Source of the DNA: Pseudomonadota bacterium
GTDB taxonomy: Bacteria; Desulfobacterota; Binatia; Binatales; Binataceae
DNA length: 64,000 nt
Direction: 5' to 3'
Assembly: GCA_021323675.1 (NCBI GenBank)
Contig: JAJPKP010000071.1
Location: forward strand, 64,969-128,968
Shown here: positions 9,504 through 19,031 of the stretch, piece by piece
Position numbering within the stretch: position 1 is the first letter of the stretch
Layout: each line of letters opens with the position of its first letter
Made by a program: the position numbers and the translations under genes
The notes under the pieces: model-generated
The model's database searches: none
What the model was told of the DNA's origin: nothing
Seen by the model: the letters and a program-made list of their open reading frames with translations, nothing else

Positions 9504-10259
9504 ATGAGGCTTGCGGGAAAGGTTGCGCTGATTACCGGCGCCGGCTCGGGAATGGGACGCGCAGCGGCATCGCTGTTCGCGCGCGAAGGGGCGAAGGTCG
9601 CCGCGGTCGATATAAATGAAGCATCCGCCAAGGATACCGTGGCGGCCATCGCGCGTGAGGGCGGAGAAGCGTTCGCGATGCGGGTGGACGTTTCCAACTC
9701 CGAGGACGCGCGCGCGATGTGCGACGAGACGGTGCGGCGCTTCGGCGGCCTGGACATCCAGTACAACAACGCAGGCATCGAGGGTGAAGGCGGGTTTCTC
9801 GCCCAGCTCAGCGAGGAAGCTTTTGACCGTGTAATCGCGATCAACCTGCGCGGCGTATGGCTGGGAATGAAATACGCCCTGCCCCACATGATCGAGCGCG
9901 GCGGAGGATCGATCATCAACACGGCGTCGGTCGCCGGACTGGTCGGTATCAAAGGTGCCGCGGCGTATTGCGCCGCCAAGGCGGGCGTTATCTCGCTCAC
10001 CCGCGTCGCCGCGATCGAGTACGGCCGCTACAAAATTCGCGTGAACTGCATCTGTCCGGGAGTGATCGACACTCCGATGGTGGAGCGGGTGTCGGAAGAA
10101 GGCGGCGTCACCGCGCAGGCCAACGATCGCCTCTCGGTGCTGGGGAGAATCGGCAAGCCCGAGGAGATAGCGCGAACCGCCCTGTTCCTTGCCAGCGACG
10201 AGGCGGGATTCGCCACCGGCGCTCCGTTCGTCATCGACGGCGGATGGGTCGCGCGCTGA
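9504..10259 (+). CDS. Short-chain dehydrogenase/reductase
   Basis: TGAGSGMG, NNAG and YCAAK; GGGAG RBS before ATG 9504. Confidence 0.93.
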   Translation: MRLAGKVALITGAGSGMGRAAASLFAREGAKVAAVDINEASAKDTVAAIAREGGEAFAMRVDVSNSEDARAMCDETVRRFGGLDIQYNNAGIEGEGGFLAQLSEEAFDRVIAINLRGVWLGMKYALPHMIERGGGSIINTASVAGLVGIKGAAAYCAAKAGVISLTRVAAIEYGRYKIRVNCICPGVIDTPMVERVSEEGGVTAQANDRLSVLGRIGKPEEIARTALFLASDEAGFATGAPFVIDGGWVAR

Positions 10260-10274
10260 GCAGGAGAGACTTCG

Positions 10275-11045
10275 ATGCCCACCGCGATAAGCAGGCTTCA
10301 AGGCAAAGTTGCGATTGTAACCGGGGCCGCACAGGGGATCGGACGCGCGATTGCGATGCGGCTTGCGGCTGAGGGCGCGGCCGTCGCGATAGCCGATGTG
10401 CTGGAGGACGCGGCGGAGCGCACGGCCGCGGAAATCCGGTCTTCGGGAGCAAAGGCGATTGCCGTCGCGCTCGATGTGACGAAATTCGACGATGCGGTCC
10501 GGGCGGCGGACATGGTCGAAAAAGAACTCGGCCCTATCGACATCCTCGTGAACAACGCGGGATGGGACAAGCTCGAGCCCTTTGTGAACAGCTCGCCCGA
10601 GACCTGGGACAAGATCATCGCGATTAACTACCGCGGGGTTCTCAACTGCTGCCGCGCGATCGCGCCAAAGATGCAGGCGCGCAGCTCCGGAAAGATCGTA
10701 TCGATTGCCTCGGACGCGGGTCGCGTCGGTTCGACTGGAGAGGCGGTATACGCGGGGTGCAAAGCCGGCATCATCGGCTTTTCCAAGACGCTCGCCCGCG
10801 AGCTCGCTCGCAACCGGATCAACGTGAATGTCGTATGCCCCGGTCCGACCAAGACCGCGCTGTTGCGCGAAGCGATGGCGGGGCGCGAGGGAGTCCTGGA
10901 GGCGATGGCGAAGGGAATTCCGTTTCGGCGGCTGGGGCAGCCGGAGGACCTCGCGGGCGCGGTAGCGTTTTTGGCTTCATCCGACGCGGACTACGTGACC
11001 GGCCAGGTGCTGAGCGTGAGCGGAGGTCTCACGATGGCGGGTTAG
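10275..11045 (+). CDS. SDR, BadH-like (2-hydroxycyclohexanecarboxyl-CoA dehydrogenase-like)
   Basis: NNAGWD, SDAGRVGSTGEAVYAGCKAG, NVVCPGPT and SVSGGLTMAG, characteristic of the BadH subgroup. Confidence 0.85.
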   Translation: MPTAISRLQGKVAIVTGAAQGIGRAIAMRLAAEGAAVAIADVLEDAAERTAAEIRSSGAKAIAVALDVTKFDDAVRAADMVEKELGPIDILVNNAGWDKLEPFVNSSPETWDKIIAINYRGVLNCCRAIAPKMQARSSGKIVSIASDAGRVGSTGEAVYAGCKAGIIGFSKTLARELARNRINVNVVCPGPTKTALLREAMAGREGVLEAMAKGIPFRRLGQPEDLAGAVAFLASSDADYVTGQVLSVSGGLTMAG

Positions 11046-11056
11046 AGCGGCTCGCC

Positions 11057-11089
11057 TTGATCGCCGGCGATGCCTGAACTATCGTTCAG
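11057..11089 (+). promoter_or_regulatory. Sigma70-like promoter with overlapping palindromic TetR-type operator
   Basis: TTGATC(11057)-N17-TATCGT(11080); inverted repeat CTGAAC-tatc-GTTCAG at 11074-11089 covers the -10. Confidence 0.55.
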
Positions 11090-11122
11090 AACGTCAGCTT
11101 TGATAAACGGAGCGTTGTCCGC

Positions 11123-11863
11123 ATGGCCGCAGGCGAATCCTACACCGCACTCAAATTTTCCGGACCCGATGGGCTGCCCGCGGAGTACAAGGATCTGCTG
11201 GTCCGGATGCTGTCGATCCAGTCGCGCATCGAGTCCGAATATATGCTGGCGCCGGAGCGCACTCTGATGAAGCCGCTCGCGATGGCGCCGACCGCGGAGG
11301 ACAAGGCCGAGTACGCGGCGTTCTGGTCCGACGAGGTCCGCCATGCCAGCTACTGGATGAAGCTGCTCGAAGACCTTGGGGTTCACGTCGATGACGCCTT
11401 CATGGCGACACCGATGCCTATCTACATCTTCGAGATGCGCGATCGGGCGGAGGATTGGATCGAGTACGGCCTGTTCAGCTTTTTCGCGGACCGCCAGGGC
11501 GCGTACATGGGTTACGAGTGGGTGGGATGCTCGTACGAACCGCTCGCGCGGATCGCGGACCGCGTGCATAAGGAAGAACTGGGGCACGCCGCGTTCGGCT
11601 ACAAGCTGCTGCGGCGCAATCTGCAGCGCGACCCCGAGCACGGCCGTGAAAAGCTCATCCACTATCTGAAGAAGTGGTACCCGGCGGGGCTGGATATGTT
11701 CGGCAAGTCGGGATCGAAGCGCCAGCACGAGTTCATGCGATGGGGACTCAGGCGGCGCACCAACGAGCAGATGCGCGAAGAGTTTGAAGAGGAAGTGAAC
11801 GCACTTCTCGATCGCCTCGAAGTTCCGATTCCGGATGCGACCGCGGGCCGCCGCTTCCTGTAG
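11123..11863 (+). CDS. PaaA-like ferritin-fold diiron aryl-CoA oxygenase/epoxidase subunit (stand-alone)
   Basis: Ligand set E(IESE), DEVRH, D(FADR), EELGH; C-terminal WYP..LDMFG...WGLRRRTNEQMREEF resembles PaaA. Confidence 0.8.
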   Translation: MAAGESYTALKFSGPDGLPAEYKDLLVRMLSIQSRIESEYMLAPERTLMKPLAMAPTAEDKAEYAAFWSDEVRHASYWMKLLEDLGVHVDDAFMATPMPIYIFEMRDRAEDWIEYGLFSFFADRQGAYMGYEWVGCSYEPLARIADRVHKEELGHAAFGYKLLRRNLQRDPEHGREKLIHYLKKWYPAGLDMFGKSGSKRQHEFMRWGLRRRTNEQMREEFEEEVNALLDRLEVPIPDATAGRRFL

Positions 11864-11914
11864 CACAGCCTTGAGCCGGGCCATCGCGCCCGGTTGCCCG
11901 GGGAGGAAAGCACC

Positions 11915-12580
11915 TTGAAGAAGTCAGCAGCCGAGCCGCTTGTTCCGCGGCGAATCGCGAAAGTCAAATCCGCCGCCCGGCAGCCAAGTCCGGACGAGCG
12001 CTACGATGCGAACATCGATCATATCCTGCGCGCGGCGGCGGCGGTCTTCGCGGAGAAGAGCTTCGGGCTCGCATCGATAAGAGACATCGCCGCCCACGCG
12101 CACATCTCCTTTCCGCGCATCTATTACTACCTGCGCAACAAGGAGGAATTGCTTTATCTCATCTCGCGCCGCGCATTCGAGGAATTGCTGAGGCGCGCGG
12201 ACGAAGCGGCGCGCGGCGCTCCCGATGCCGCCGCGCGGCTGCGCAAATTTATCGCAGGCCATCTCGAATACCACATGGACAATCTCGCCGAGATGAAGGT
12301 GCTGGTGCGCGAGGCCGACTCGCTCTCCGGGCGCTACTCGGCCGACATCGCGCGGCTCAAGCGCGACTACTCGCGGCTGTGCCGCAGGATAATCGAGCAA
12401 TTCGCGGAAGAAAGCGGCCATACGCTGGATCGCGAGCGAAGCCGAATTCTGACGTCGCTTCTGTTCGGGTCGATGAACTGGTTTTACACCTGGTACGAAC
12501 CGTCGCGCGATTACGAGCAGCGCTCGCGCATCATGGACGAAGTTTTTCGGATGGTCGCCGGATCGATAGCGGAGCACTAG
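11915..12580 (+). CDS. TetR family regulator (KstR2/PaaR-like)
   Basis: HTH ILRAAAAVFAEKSF...IYYYLRNKEELL and C-terminal MNWFYTWY; GGAGG RBS before TTG 11915. Confidence 0.9.
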   Translation: MKKSAAEPLVPRRIAKVKSAARQPSPDERYDANIDHILRAAAAVFAEKSFGLASIRDIAAHAHISFPRIYYYLRNKEELLYLISRRAFEELLRRADEAARGAPDAAARLRKFIAGHLEYHMDNLAEMKVLVREADSLSGRYSADIARLKRDYSRLCRRIIEQFAEESGHTLDRERSRILTSLLFGSMNWFYTWYEPSRDYEQRSRIMDEVFRMVAGSIAEH

Positions 12581-12586
12581 CGCCGA

Positions 12587-14254
12587 ATGATCGACGGCTG
12601 CACGCCATATCCCGCGGAATTTCGCGATCGCTACATTCGCGATGGATATTGGCGCGCCGAGACCATCTTCGATGCGGTGGCGGATTCGGCGCGCCGCAAT
12701 AACGATCGGCTCGCCGTAGTCGATTCGCACCGCTCTTTGACCTTCGGACAACTGCTGGAGGAATCGCGAAGGTTTCGCGCGACGATGGCGGCATGCGGCC
12801 TGAGCCGCGGCGACCGGGTGATAATCCAGCTCCCCAATTGCGCGGAATTTGCGAGCCTGACGCTGGCCTGCTTTGAACTGGGCGTCATTCCAGTGATGGC
12901 GCTGCCGGCGCTCCGGCGCGCGGAACTCGAGCATCTGGCTAAGCTTTCGGCGGCGAAGGCCATCGCGATCGTGCCCGAGTATCGAGGCTTCGATCATGCG
13001 GGTCTGGCGCGCGAGTTGATGCGCGATTGCCCCTCTTTGGAGCGCATCTTCAGCGTTTCCGCGGCGCCGGGATGCGTGGAGCTGGGCGGCGCTCCTTCGG
13101 CGCATGCGCCCGCAAGGGTTGCAGGCGGCGATGCGTTCGCGGCAGCCCTTTTCCTGCTGTCCGGCGGAACGACGGGGCTTCCCAAGCTGATTCCGCGAAC
13201 CCACGCCGATTACCTGTACAACGCGCGGGCGGCATCGGAGGTCTGCGGGCTCGACGGGTCGAGCAGAATTCTGATTGCGCTTCCGGCCGAACATAATTTT
13301 CCACTGGCGTGCCCCGGAATGATCGGCGCGATGCTGACGGGAGCGGCGACGGTGTTTGCGCAATCGACGCGGGCGGCCGACCTCGCGGCAACGATCGCGC
13401 GCGAGCGCATCACGCACTTCCCATGCGTGCCCGCCCTGGCGATCGCGCTGTTGGAGCTGCCGGAGCGCGACCGCGAACAACTCGCGCCGCTGCGGGTGAT
13501 AACCGTCGGCGGCCAGCGCCTTCAGGAACCCACGGCGCGCGCGCTCAAGCTTGCCTGCCCCTGGCTCACGGTCCAGCAGGTGTTCGGAATGGCGGAAGGC
13601 CTGCTTTGTTACACTCGTCTTGACGATCCGGAAGATATCGCGTGCACGACGCAGGGCCGTCCTCTTTCGCCCGGCGATGAAATCCGCATCGTCGATGCGT
13701 TCGGCCGCGATGTCCCACAGGGCGAACCAGGCGAGCTGTGGTGCCGCGGACCTTACACTATTCGCGGCTACTATCGAGCGCCCGAGGTTAACCGCGATGC
13801 GTTCAGTGCGGACGGTTTCTACCGCACCGGCGATATCGTGCGCATGACGCCTTCGGGCAACATCACCGTCGAAGGGCGCATCAAGGATCAGATAAATCGG
13901 GGCGGCGAGAAAATCAGCGCCGAAGAAGTCGAATCGCACCTGATCGCGCATCCGGCGGTTTCGTCCGCCGCGGTGGTGGCAATGCCCGATCGCACGCTCG
14001 GCGAGCGCGCCTGCGCGTACGTAACGCTGCGGCCGGGCGCGGCCCTCACCCTGGACGCGATTCGCGAGTATTTGTTGAGCCGCGGCCTGGCGCGCTTCAA
14101 ATGGCCGGAACGCCTTGAGATCATCGACGCGATGCCGCTGACGAACGTGGGAAAGATCAAGAAGGCCGAGCTTCGACGCGACCTCGAGACTCGGCTGGAT
14201 GTCGAGGAGCAGGCCGGGCGGCGCCGCGACGCGCGCGACGAGAAGCGCGCGTAG
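12587..14254 (+). CDS. Aryl-acid adenylating enzyme (DhbE/PchD/MbtA family), salicylate-type
   Basis: LSGGTTGLPKLIPRTHADY, HNFPLACPG, QVFGMAEGLLCYTR, FYRTGD and NVGKI. Confidence 0.9.
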   Translation: MIDGCTPYPAEFRDRYIRDGYWRAETIFDAVADSARRNNDRLAVVDSHRSLTFGQLLEESRRFRATMAACGLSRGDRVIIQLPNCAEFASLTLACFELGVIPVMALPALRRAELEHLAKLSAAKAIAIVPEYRGFDHAGLARELMRDCPSLERIFSVSAAPGCVELGGAPSAHAPARVAGGDAFAAALFLLSGGTTGLPKLIPRTHADYLYNARAASEVCGLDGSSRILIALPAEHNFPLACPGMIGAMLTGAATVFAQSTRAADLAATIARERITHFPCVPALAIALLELPERDREQLAPLRVITVGGQRLQEPTARALKLACPWLTVQQVFGMAEGLLCYTRLDDPEDIACTTQGRPLSPGDEIRIVDAFGRDVPQGEPGELWCRGPYTIRGYYRAPEVNRDAFSADGFYRTGDIVRMTPSGNITVEGRIKDQINRGGEKISAEEVESHLIAHPAVSSAAVVAMPDRTLGERACAYVTLRPGAALTLDAIREYLLSRGLARFKWPERLEIIDAMPLTNVGKIKKAELRRDLETRLDVEEQAGRRRDARDEKRA

Positions 14255-14284
14255 CCGCAATTCGAACTATCGGGAGAGACGGCA

Positions 14285-14986
14285 GTGGATGTGCAAAAAG
14301 GACTTCGCGAGCTTGATGGATTGATCCGGCGGCTGGAGCGCAACAATCGCACCCTGAAATCGCATCCGACCATCGAGAAGATCGAACGCGGCGAGCTGAC
14401 GATGCCGCAGTTGCGGCATTGGGCCACTCAACTCTTCGTCGGCAACAAAGGCCACAACGCGAAGATCCTCGGGCTCATCTACGCCAAATGCGACGATTTC
14501 CCCGCGCGCAAGGCGATCGTCGAAAACCTGATCGAAGAGGAACTCGGCCGCGTCTCAGGCGTCAACCGGTCGCATCCCGAACTCTACCTCGAATTCGGCG
14601 AAGCCATCGGCATTCCGCGCGACGCGCTTCTGCACGCGGCGATGACGCCCGATGCGACAGCGATGATGCATTGGATGTACTGGCTGGCCGATTCGAAGCC
14701 CTGGTACGTGACGCTGGCGGGCATCAGCCTGGGATCGGAGTTGTTCAATCCCGATGCCTATGTTCGGGTGATCGACGGGCTCAAGCGTCATTACCATCTT
14801 TCGGATGACGCCCTGCTCTTCTTCTCGGTTCACGTGAAGGTGGACAAGGATCACGGCGATTCGAGCGCCGGCTCGATCTTCCGTGCGATCCCGGAAAGCG
14901 CCGCCGCCGAGACACTGTGGGCGGTGGAGACGCACATCGAGTTCATGCGCCGCCTCTGGTCGGATATCGACCCGCCCGCCGCGTAG
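14285..14986 (+). CDS. Heme-oxygenase-like diiron oxidase (CADD/PqqC/TenA superfamily)
   Basis: ENLIEEE...SHPELY, GSE and FFSVHVKVDKDH give the CADD-type E-H-E-H-D-H ligand pattern. Confidence 0.8.
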   Translation: MDVQKGLRELDGLIRRLERNNRTLKSHPTIEKIERGELTMPQLRHWATQLFVGNKGHNAKILGLIYAKCDDFPARKAIVENLIEEELGRVSGVNRSHPELYLEFGEAIGIPRDALLHAAMTPDATAMMHWMYWLADSKPWYVTLAGISLGSELFNPDAYVRVIDGLKRHYHLSDDALLFFSVHVKVDKDHGDSSAGSIFRAIPESAAAETLWAVETHIEFMRRLWSDIDPPAA

Positions 14987-15002
14987 TCGGGAAGATTCAA
15001 AC

Positions 15003-15020
15003 GCGGCAGGCGCCTGCCGC
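15003..15020. terminator. GC palindrome between convergent genes (possible terminator)
   Basis: GCGGCAGGCGCCTGCCGC perfect palindrome; no U-tract. Confidence 0.3.
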
Positions 15021-15059
15021 CCGAACGTAGCAATCGCGCTCGCGAGGAAAGGCGAGCGG

Positions 15060-16142
15060 CTACGGCCGCTTGAGGTCCTGGATGATCTCCTTGAGCACGC
15101 CGCGGTCGTGATCGTTGCGGACCGGCATATCGAAGCTGAGACGATTCACGCCGGCGAACCGCTTTTTGATCCTCGCGGCGATTTCATCGTAGGTGCCGAC
15201 TGCGGCGAACGCATGGACCATCTCTTCGCTGACCAGCTTCGCCATCTCGCGCCATCTCTGCTGGACTGAAAGCTTGTGCAGCTCCTCGGCGGTATCGGCC
15301 CATCCATCGAGCTCGAAACTGGAACGGTACGAGCGGGTGGAACCATAGAACGCGATGGTCGCTTTCATGTTCTCGACGCCGCGGGCAACCGCGTCCTTGT
15401 CCTTGCCGGCTATCAGGAACCCGCCGCCGCCGATCTGAAACTGGTCCCATTCTGAAGCGGGCCGGCCGGACTTCTCGAAGCCCTTTTTGAGGTTGGGAAA
15501 CGCGATCTGGTCGAGATATTTGCGCGTTACGATTCCGTGCAGGCGGACGCCATCGCACACCTCGCCGGCAACCTGCAGCATCCGTTCCTGCACGGCGGCA
15601 ATCAGCACGGGGATATGCGGATGCGCCTGCGGGGGCGGCGAAAAGTTCGGCGTCATCAGCGAGATATTGTAGTGCTCGCTGCGAAAGTTGAGCGGCTCGC
15701 CCGTCTGCCACGTGCGCCAGCACGCGCGCATCGCGCCGACATAGTCTTTCATCCGCTGCGCAGGCTTCGACCACGGCATCCCGAATCTGCGCGTGACATG
15801 GCCCTTCACCTGTGATCCGAGACCCAGGACCAGCCGTCCACCGCTCATTCGTTGCAGGTCCCAGGCAGTGTAAGCGGTGGCGACGGGGCTCTTGGTGAAG
15901 CAGAGGGCGATTCCGGTTCCCAGCTCGATCTTCGCGGGCTCCTGCGCGGCGATCGCAAGCGCAAGGTAGGGATCGTGCTGGGTTTCAACCGCGATAGCGG
16001 TGTCGTATCCCAGCGACTCGGCATCGCGCACCTGGTCTCTCAGCGTTGACCAGGTGGGCTCGGGCCGCTTGCCCTCCTGCTGCATGTCGGGCGAGTAGGG
16101 AGTTCCGAAATGAAGTCCGCGTTCTACCTTGATGGTGGCCAT
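15060..16142 (-). CDS. LLM-class (probably F420-dependent) oxidoreductase, MSMEG_2256-like
   Basis: ETQHDP, LGTGIA, AWDLQ.MSGGR..LGLGSQVKGH..RRFG and FYGST.SY motifs. Confidence 0.85.
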   Translation of the reverse strand: MATIKVERGLHFGTPYSPDMQQEGKRPEPTWSTLRDQVRDAESLGYDTAIAVETQHDPYLALAIAAQEPAKIELGTGIALCFTKSPVATAYTAWDLQRMSGGRLVLGLGSQVKGHVTRRFGMPWSKPAQRMKDYVGAMRACWRTWQTGEPLNFRSEHYNISLMTPNFSPPPQAHPHIPVLIAAVQERMLQVAGEVCDGVRLHGIVTRKYLDQIAFPNLKKGFEKSGRPASEWDQFQIGGGGFLIAGKDKDAVARGVENMKATIAFYGSTRSYRSSFELDGWADTAEELHKLSVQQRWREMAKLVSEEMVHAFAAVGTYDEIAARIKKRFAGVNRLSFDMPVRNDHDRGVLKEIIQDLKRP

Positions 16143-16208
16143 GCGCCGTTTATCTCGTTGCGCAGGCAATGATGTCAAGCGCGCATGGCAGAGAATATCG
16201 CGCCCGGT

Positions 16209-17456
16209 CTATGCGATTGCGATCCCGGGGGCCGGAAAGCCGCGGCACATCTCGCTGACCTCCGCGGCGATCCGCTTGAGGGCAGCTTCGTCATCCGCGC
16301 GCGCGATCGCATCGTCCATCCAGCCGGCAATCCGCTTCATCTCGGCTTCCTTCATCCCGCGCGAAGTCACCGCGGGAGTGCCGAGCCTGATGCCGCTGGG
16401 GCTGAAGGGTTTGCGCGGGTCGTAGGGAACGGTGTTGAAATTGCAGATGATCGCGGCGGTTTCGAGCGCCTTGGCGCCCTTCTTTCCGATCACGCCCTTG
16501 TTGGTTAGGTCGACCAGCACCAGATGATTGTCGGTGCCGCCTGAGATCACGCGGAAACCGCGCGCCATCAGCTCCTCGGCGAGCGCCTTTGCATTGGCGA
16601 CCACCTGGCGCGCGTAGGCCTTGAACTCCGGCGTCGCGGCCTCCTTGAGCGCGACTCCGATTGCGGCCGTGGTGTGATTGTGCGGGCCTCCCTGGAGCCC
16701 GGGGAAAACGGCCCGGTCGATTTTGTCGGCCAATTCAGCCTTGCACATGATCATCGCCCCGCGCGGGCCGCGCAGCGTCTTGTGCGTGGTGGTCATGATC
16801 ACGTCGGCGTGAGGGGCGGGATCCGGATGAACCCCGCCGACAATCAGGCCCGCGACGTGGGAGATGTCGGCCAACAGGTAAGCGCCCGCCTCTTTCGCGA
16901 TTTCGCCGAAGAGCTTGAAGTTGAGCTCCCGAGGATATGCGGTAGTGCCGGCGATTATGATTTTCGGACGTTCCTTGAGAGCCAGATCGCGGAGCGCATC
17001 GTAGTCGATTCGATGCGTCTCGCGGTCCACGATGTAAGGCACGGTGGTCCAAAGGCTGCCCGAGAGCGTGACGCCCCAGCCGTGGCTCAGATGGCCGCCG
17101 TGAGGCAGCGACAGACCCATCAGCTTTTCGCCCGGCTTCGCGAGCGCGTAGTAAACGGCAAGATTTGCGGGAGAGCCCGAGTACGGCTGCACGTTGGCAT
17201 GATCGACCCCGAACAGCTTTCGTGCGCGATCGACCACGATGCTTTCGACCTGATCGATGTACCGCTGGCCCTCGTAGTAGCGGCGCCCGGGATAGCCTTC
17301 GGAATACTTGTTGGTGAGGACCGAGCCAGTCGCCTCGAGTACCGCCTTCGAAACGTAATTTTCGGACGGTATCAGCCGCACGGTCTCGAGTTCGTACCGT
17401 TCTTCCTGGCGAATTATGTCGTAAAGTTCGGGGTCAGTTCGCTTTAGTTCGTCCAC
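16209..17456 (-). CDS. glyA: Serine hydroxymethyltransferase
   Basis: LIPSEN, NKYSEGYPGRRYY, GGHLSHG, TTTHKTLRGPRG and FPGLQGGP; GGAGG before GTG 17456. Confidence 0.97.
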   Translation of the reverse strand: MDELKRTDPELYDIIRQEERYELETVRLIPSENYVSKAVLEATGSVLTNKYSEGYPGRRYYEGQRYIDQVESIVVDRARKLFGVDHANVQPYSGSPANLAVYYALAKPGEKLMGLSLPHGGHLSHGWGVTLSGSLWTTVPYIVDRETHRIDYDALRDLALKERPKIIIAGTTAYPRELNFKLFGEIAKEAGAYLLADISHVAGLIVGGVHPDPAPHADVIMTTTHKTLRGPRGAMIMCKAELADKIDRAVFPGLQGGPHNHTTAAIGVALKEAATPEFKAYARQVVANAKALAEELMARGFRVISGGTDNHLVLVDLTNKGVIGKKGAKALETAAIICNFNTVPYDPRKPFSPSGIRLGTPAVTSRGMKEAEMKRIAGWMDDAIARADDEAALKRIAAEVSEMCRGFPAPGIAIA

Positions 17457-17559
17457 ACCCGCACCTCCCGGAGACACTCAAGCCTATAGACCGGTGCATC
17501 CTGAGGCAAAACCTACGGGCGCATCGCGCGAGGAGCAACAGTTGCTCTATGGGCCAGGC

Positions 17560-18921
17560 TTACTGGAGATCGGGAGGGGTGACCTTGGCAATCCACTCGC
17601 GGAAACTGCCGGTGTAGCCGACGGACTGCTGCCGATCGCGAACCCGGCGGACGATACCTTCGACCTGGTCGGCCGAGAGCTTGGGCCGCGCATCAACCAG
17701 CGACGCGATCTTTTCGCCCTCGGCATGCGCCTCTTTGCGCGCTCCATCAGCAATCGGTATCTGTTCGCCGCTAAGACCCAGGTATGCCTCGGCAACCCGG
17801 ATACCGACCTCGGTTCCGCTCTCGAGCGAGTCCTTGATGTTGCCTTTGCCGGTCAGAACGTTGCCCGCGGCAAACACCGCCGTGGGTCCGTCGATCAGCA
17901 AGCCGGCTTTTTCGTCGGCGTACCTGTAGGTCTCGCCCTTCTGCGGAATTCCGGGGATCGGCTCGGGAATACTGCCGATCGAGCTGATCGTAAGGGGCGC
18001 TCGCACCGTTTCGACCCGGTTGGGGAGAATCCGCACCTGGCCATCGGAGACTTCGGTGACGCTGAACTGAACCCCCACCATCCTGCCCTCTTCGACCACG
18101 ATACCGGTGGGGGCGCGCAATTCCTGAAACTCGAACAGGAACTTGCGCATCGCTTTTTCCAGGATCTTGGTCCGGGCCATCCGCAGGCTTTCAACGCGTT
18201 TCGCGGGCGCGTCCGGCGGAATATCGGACAGGGGCATGTCGAGCACCCGCCGGCGGTAGAAGAGCTTGCAGGGGGCGATACCCAGGTCCGCCCAGGTGAG
18301 ATTGTGGCCCTGCAGCACGGCGTCGATTCCCTCGCGCTCGAGCCGCACCATTTCTTCGCGGATGCCGCGGGCGGCCAGAGTCCTCTGCGCCATCTCGATT
18401 TGCAGGACCTTGACCACGTCGATCGACGCGAGCCCGCCGCCGACGACGATGGCTCCCGGCTTCAGGTCGTAGCGCGGACCTTTGTAGCCTTGCTCCTGGT
18501 AGTGATTGAACCAGTAGATGAGCGCGTTCTGGTAAATCAGGCCCTTGTCGACGAACTGATCGGCGCCCTCGACGGGCAAGGGGCGGTCGCGCCATGCGCC
18601 GTGCGTGAGCACGATCGCGTTAAGGCCCCATCCGGTGCGCAAAGTTTCGAAGTCGATATCGCGGCCCAACCTGGTAAGAGGGACGAAGGCAACGTTGGGA
18701 TGGTCGAGGCGGCGATTAATCTCCTCGTATTCGTCCTTGCGCTGCTTTACATGCCATCGCGGCAGACCGTCCTCGATCTTGCCGTAGGGTCGCGGATTCT
18801 GCTCGAACACGATCACCAAGGCGCCGCGTTCGGCGAGAATACGGGCAATCTCGGAGCCTGCGGTCGCCGCTCCGATGACCGCGACGATGTGTCGCGCGGC
18901 AACTTTGTCCGGTTCAGCCAT
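17560..18921 (-). CDS. FAD/NAD(P)-dependent oxidoreductase (FNR/GltD-like)
   Basis: N-terminal VAVIGAATAG...FEQ..PYG, second Rossmann motif VVGGGLASID and VFAAGN. Confidence 0.75.
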   Translation of the reverse strand: MAEPDKVAARHIVAVIGAATAGSEIARILAERGALVIVFEQNPRPYGKIEDGLPRWHVKQRKDEYEEINRRLDHPNVAFVPLTRLGRDIDFETLRTGWGLNAIVLTHGAWRDRPLPVEGADQFVDKGLIYQNALIYWFNHYQEQGYKGPRYDLKPGAIVVGGGLASIDVVKVLQIEMAQRTLAARGIREEMVRLEREGIDAVLQGHNLTWADLGIAPCKLFYRRRVLDMPLSDIPPDAPAKRVESLRMARTKILEKAMRKFLFEFQELRAPTGIVVEEGRMVGVQFSVTEVSDGQVRILPNRVETVRAPLTISSIGSIPEPIPGIPQKGETYRYADEKAGLLIDGPTAVFAAGNVLTGKGNIKDSLESGTEVGIRVAEAYLGLSGEQIPIADGARKEAHAEGEKIASLVDARPKLSADQVEGIVRRVRDRQQSVGYTGSFREWIAKVTPPDLQ

Positions 18922-19031
18922 AGGGGAATATTTGATTACCGTCTCGTCGCTCGGGGTGCAATCGCCCGCGAGGGTAGTTTATCTTGCGCGTGCGAGCCGG
19001 GCGTGGTTTGCTATTCGGTGACTTTGGAGCG

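Noticed and set aside
12587..14254. Siderophore (enterobactin/pyochelin-type) biosynthetic cluster
   Set aside because: No isochorismate or salicylate synthase, carrier protein, NRPS or adjacent receptor. The context is TetR-controlled and catabolic.
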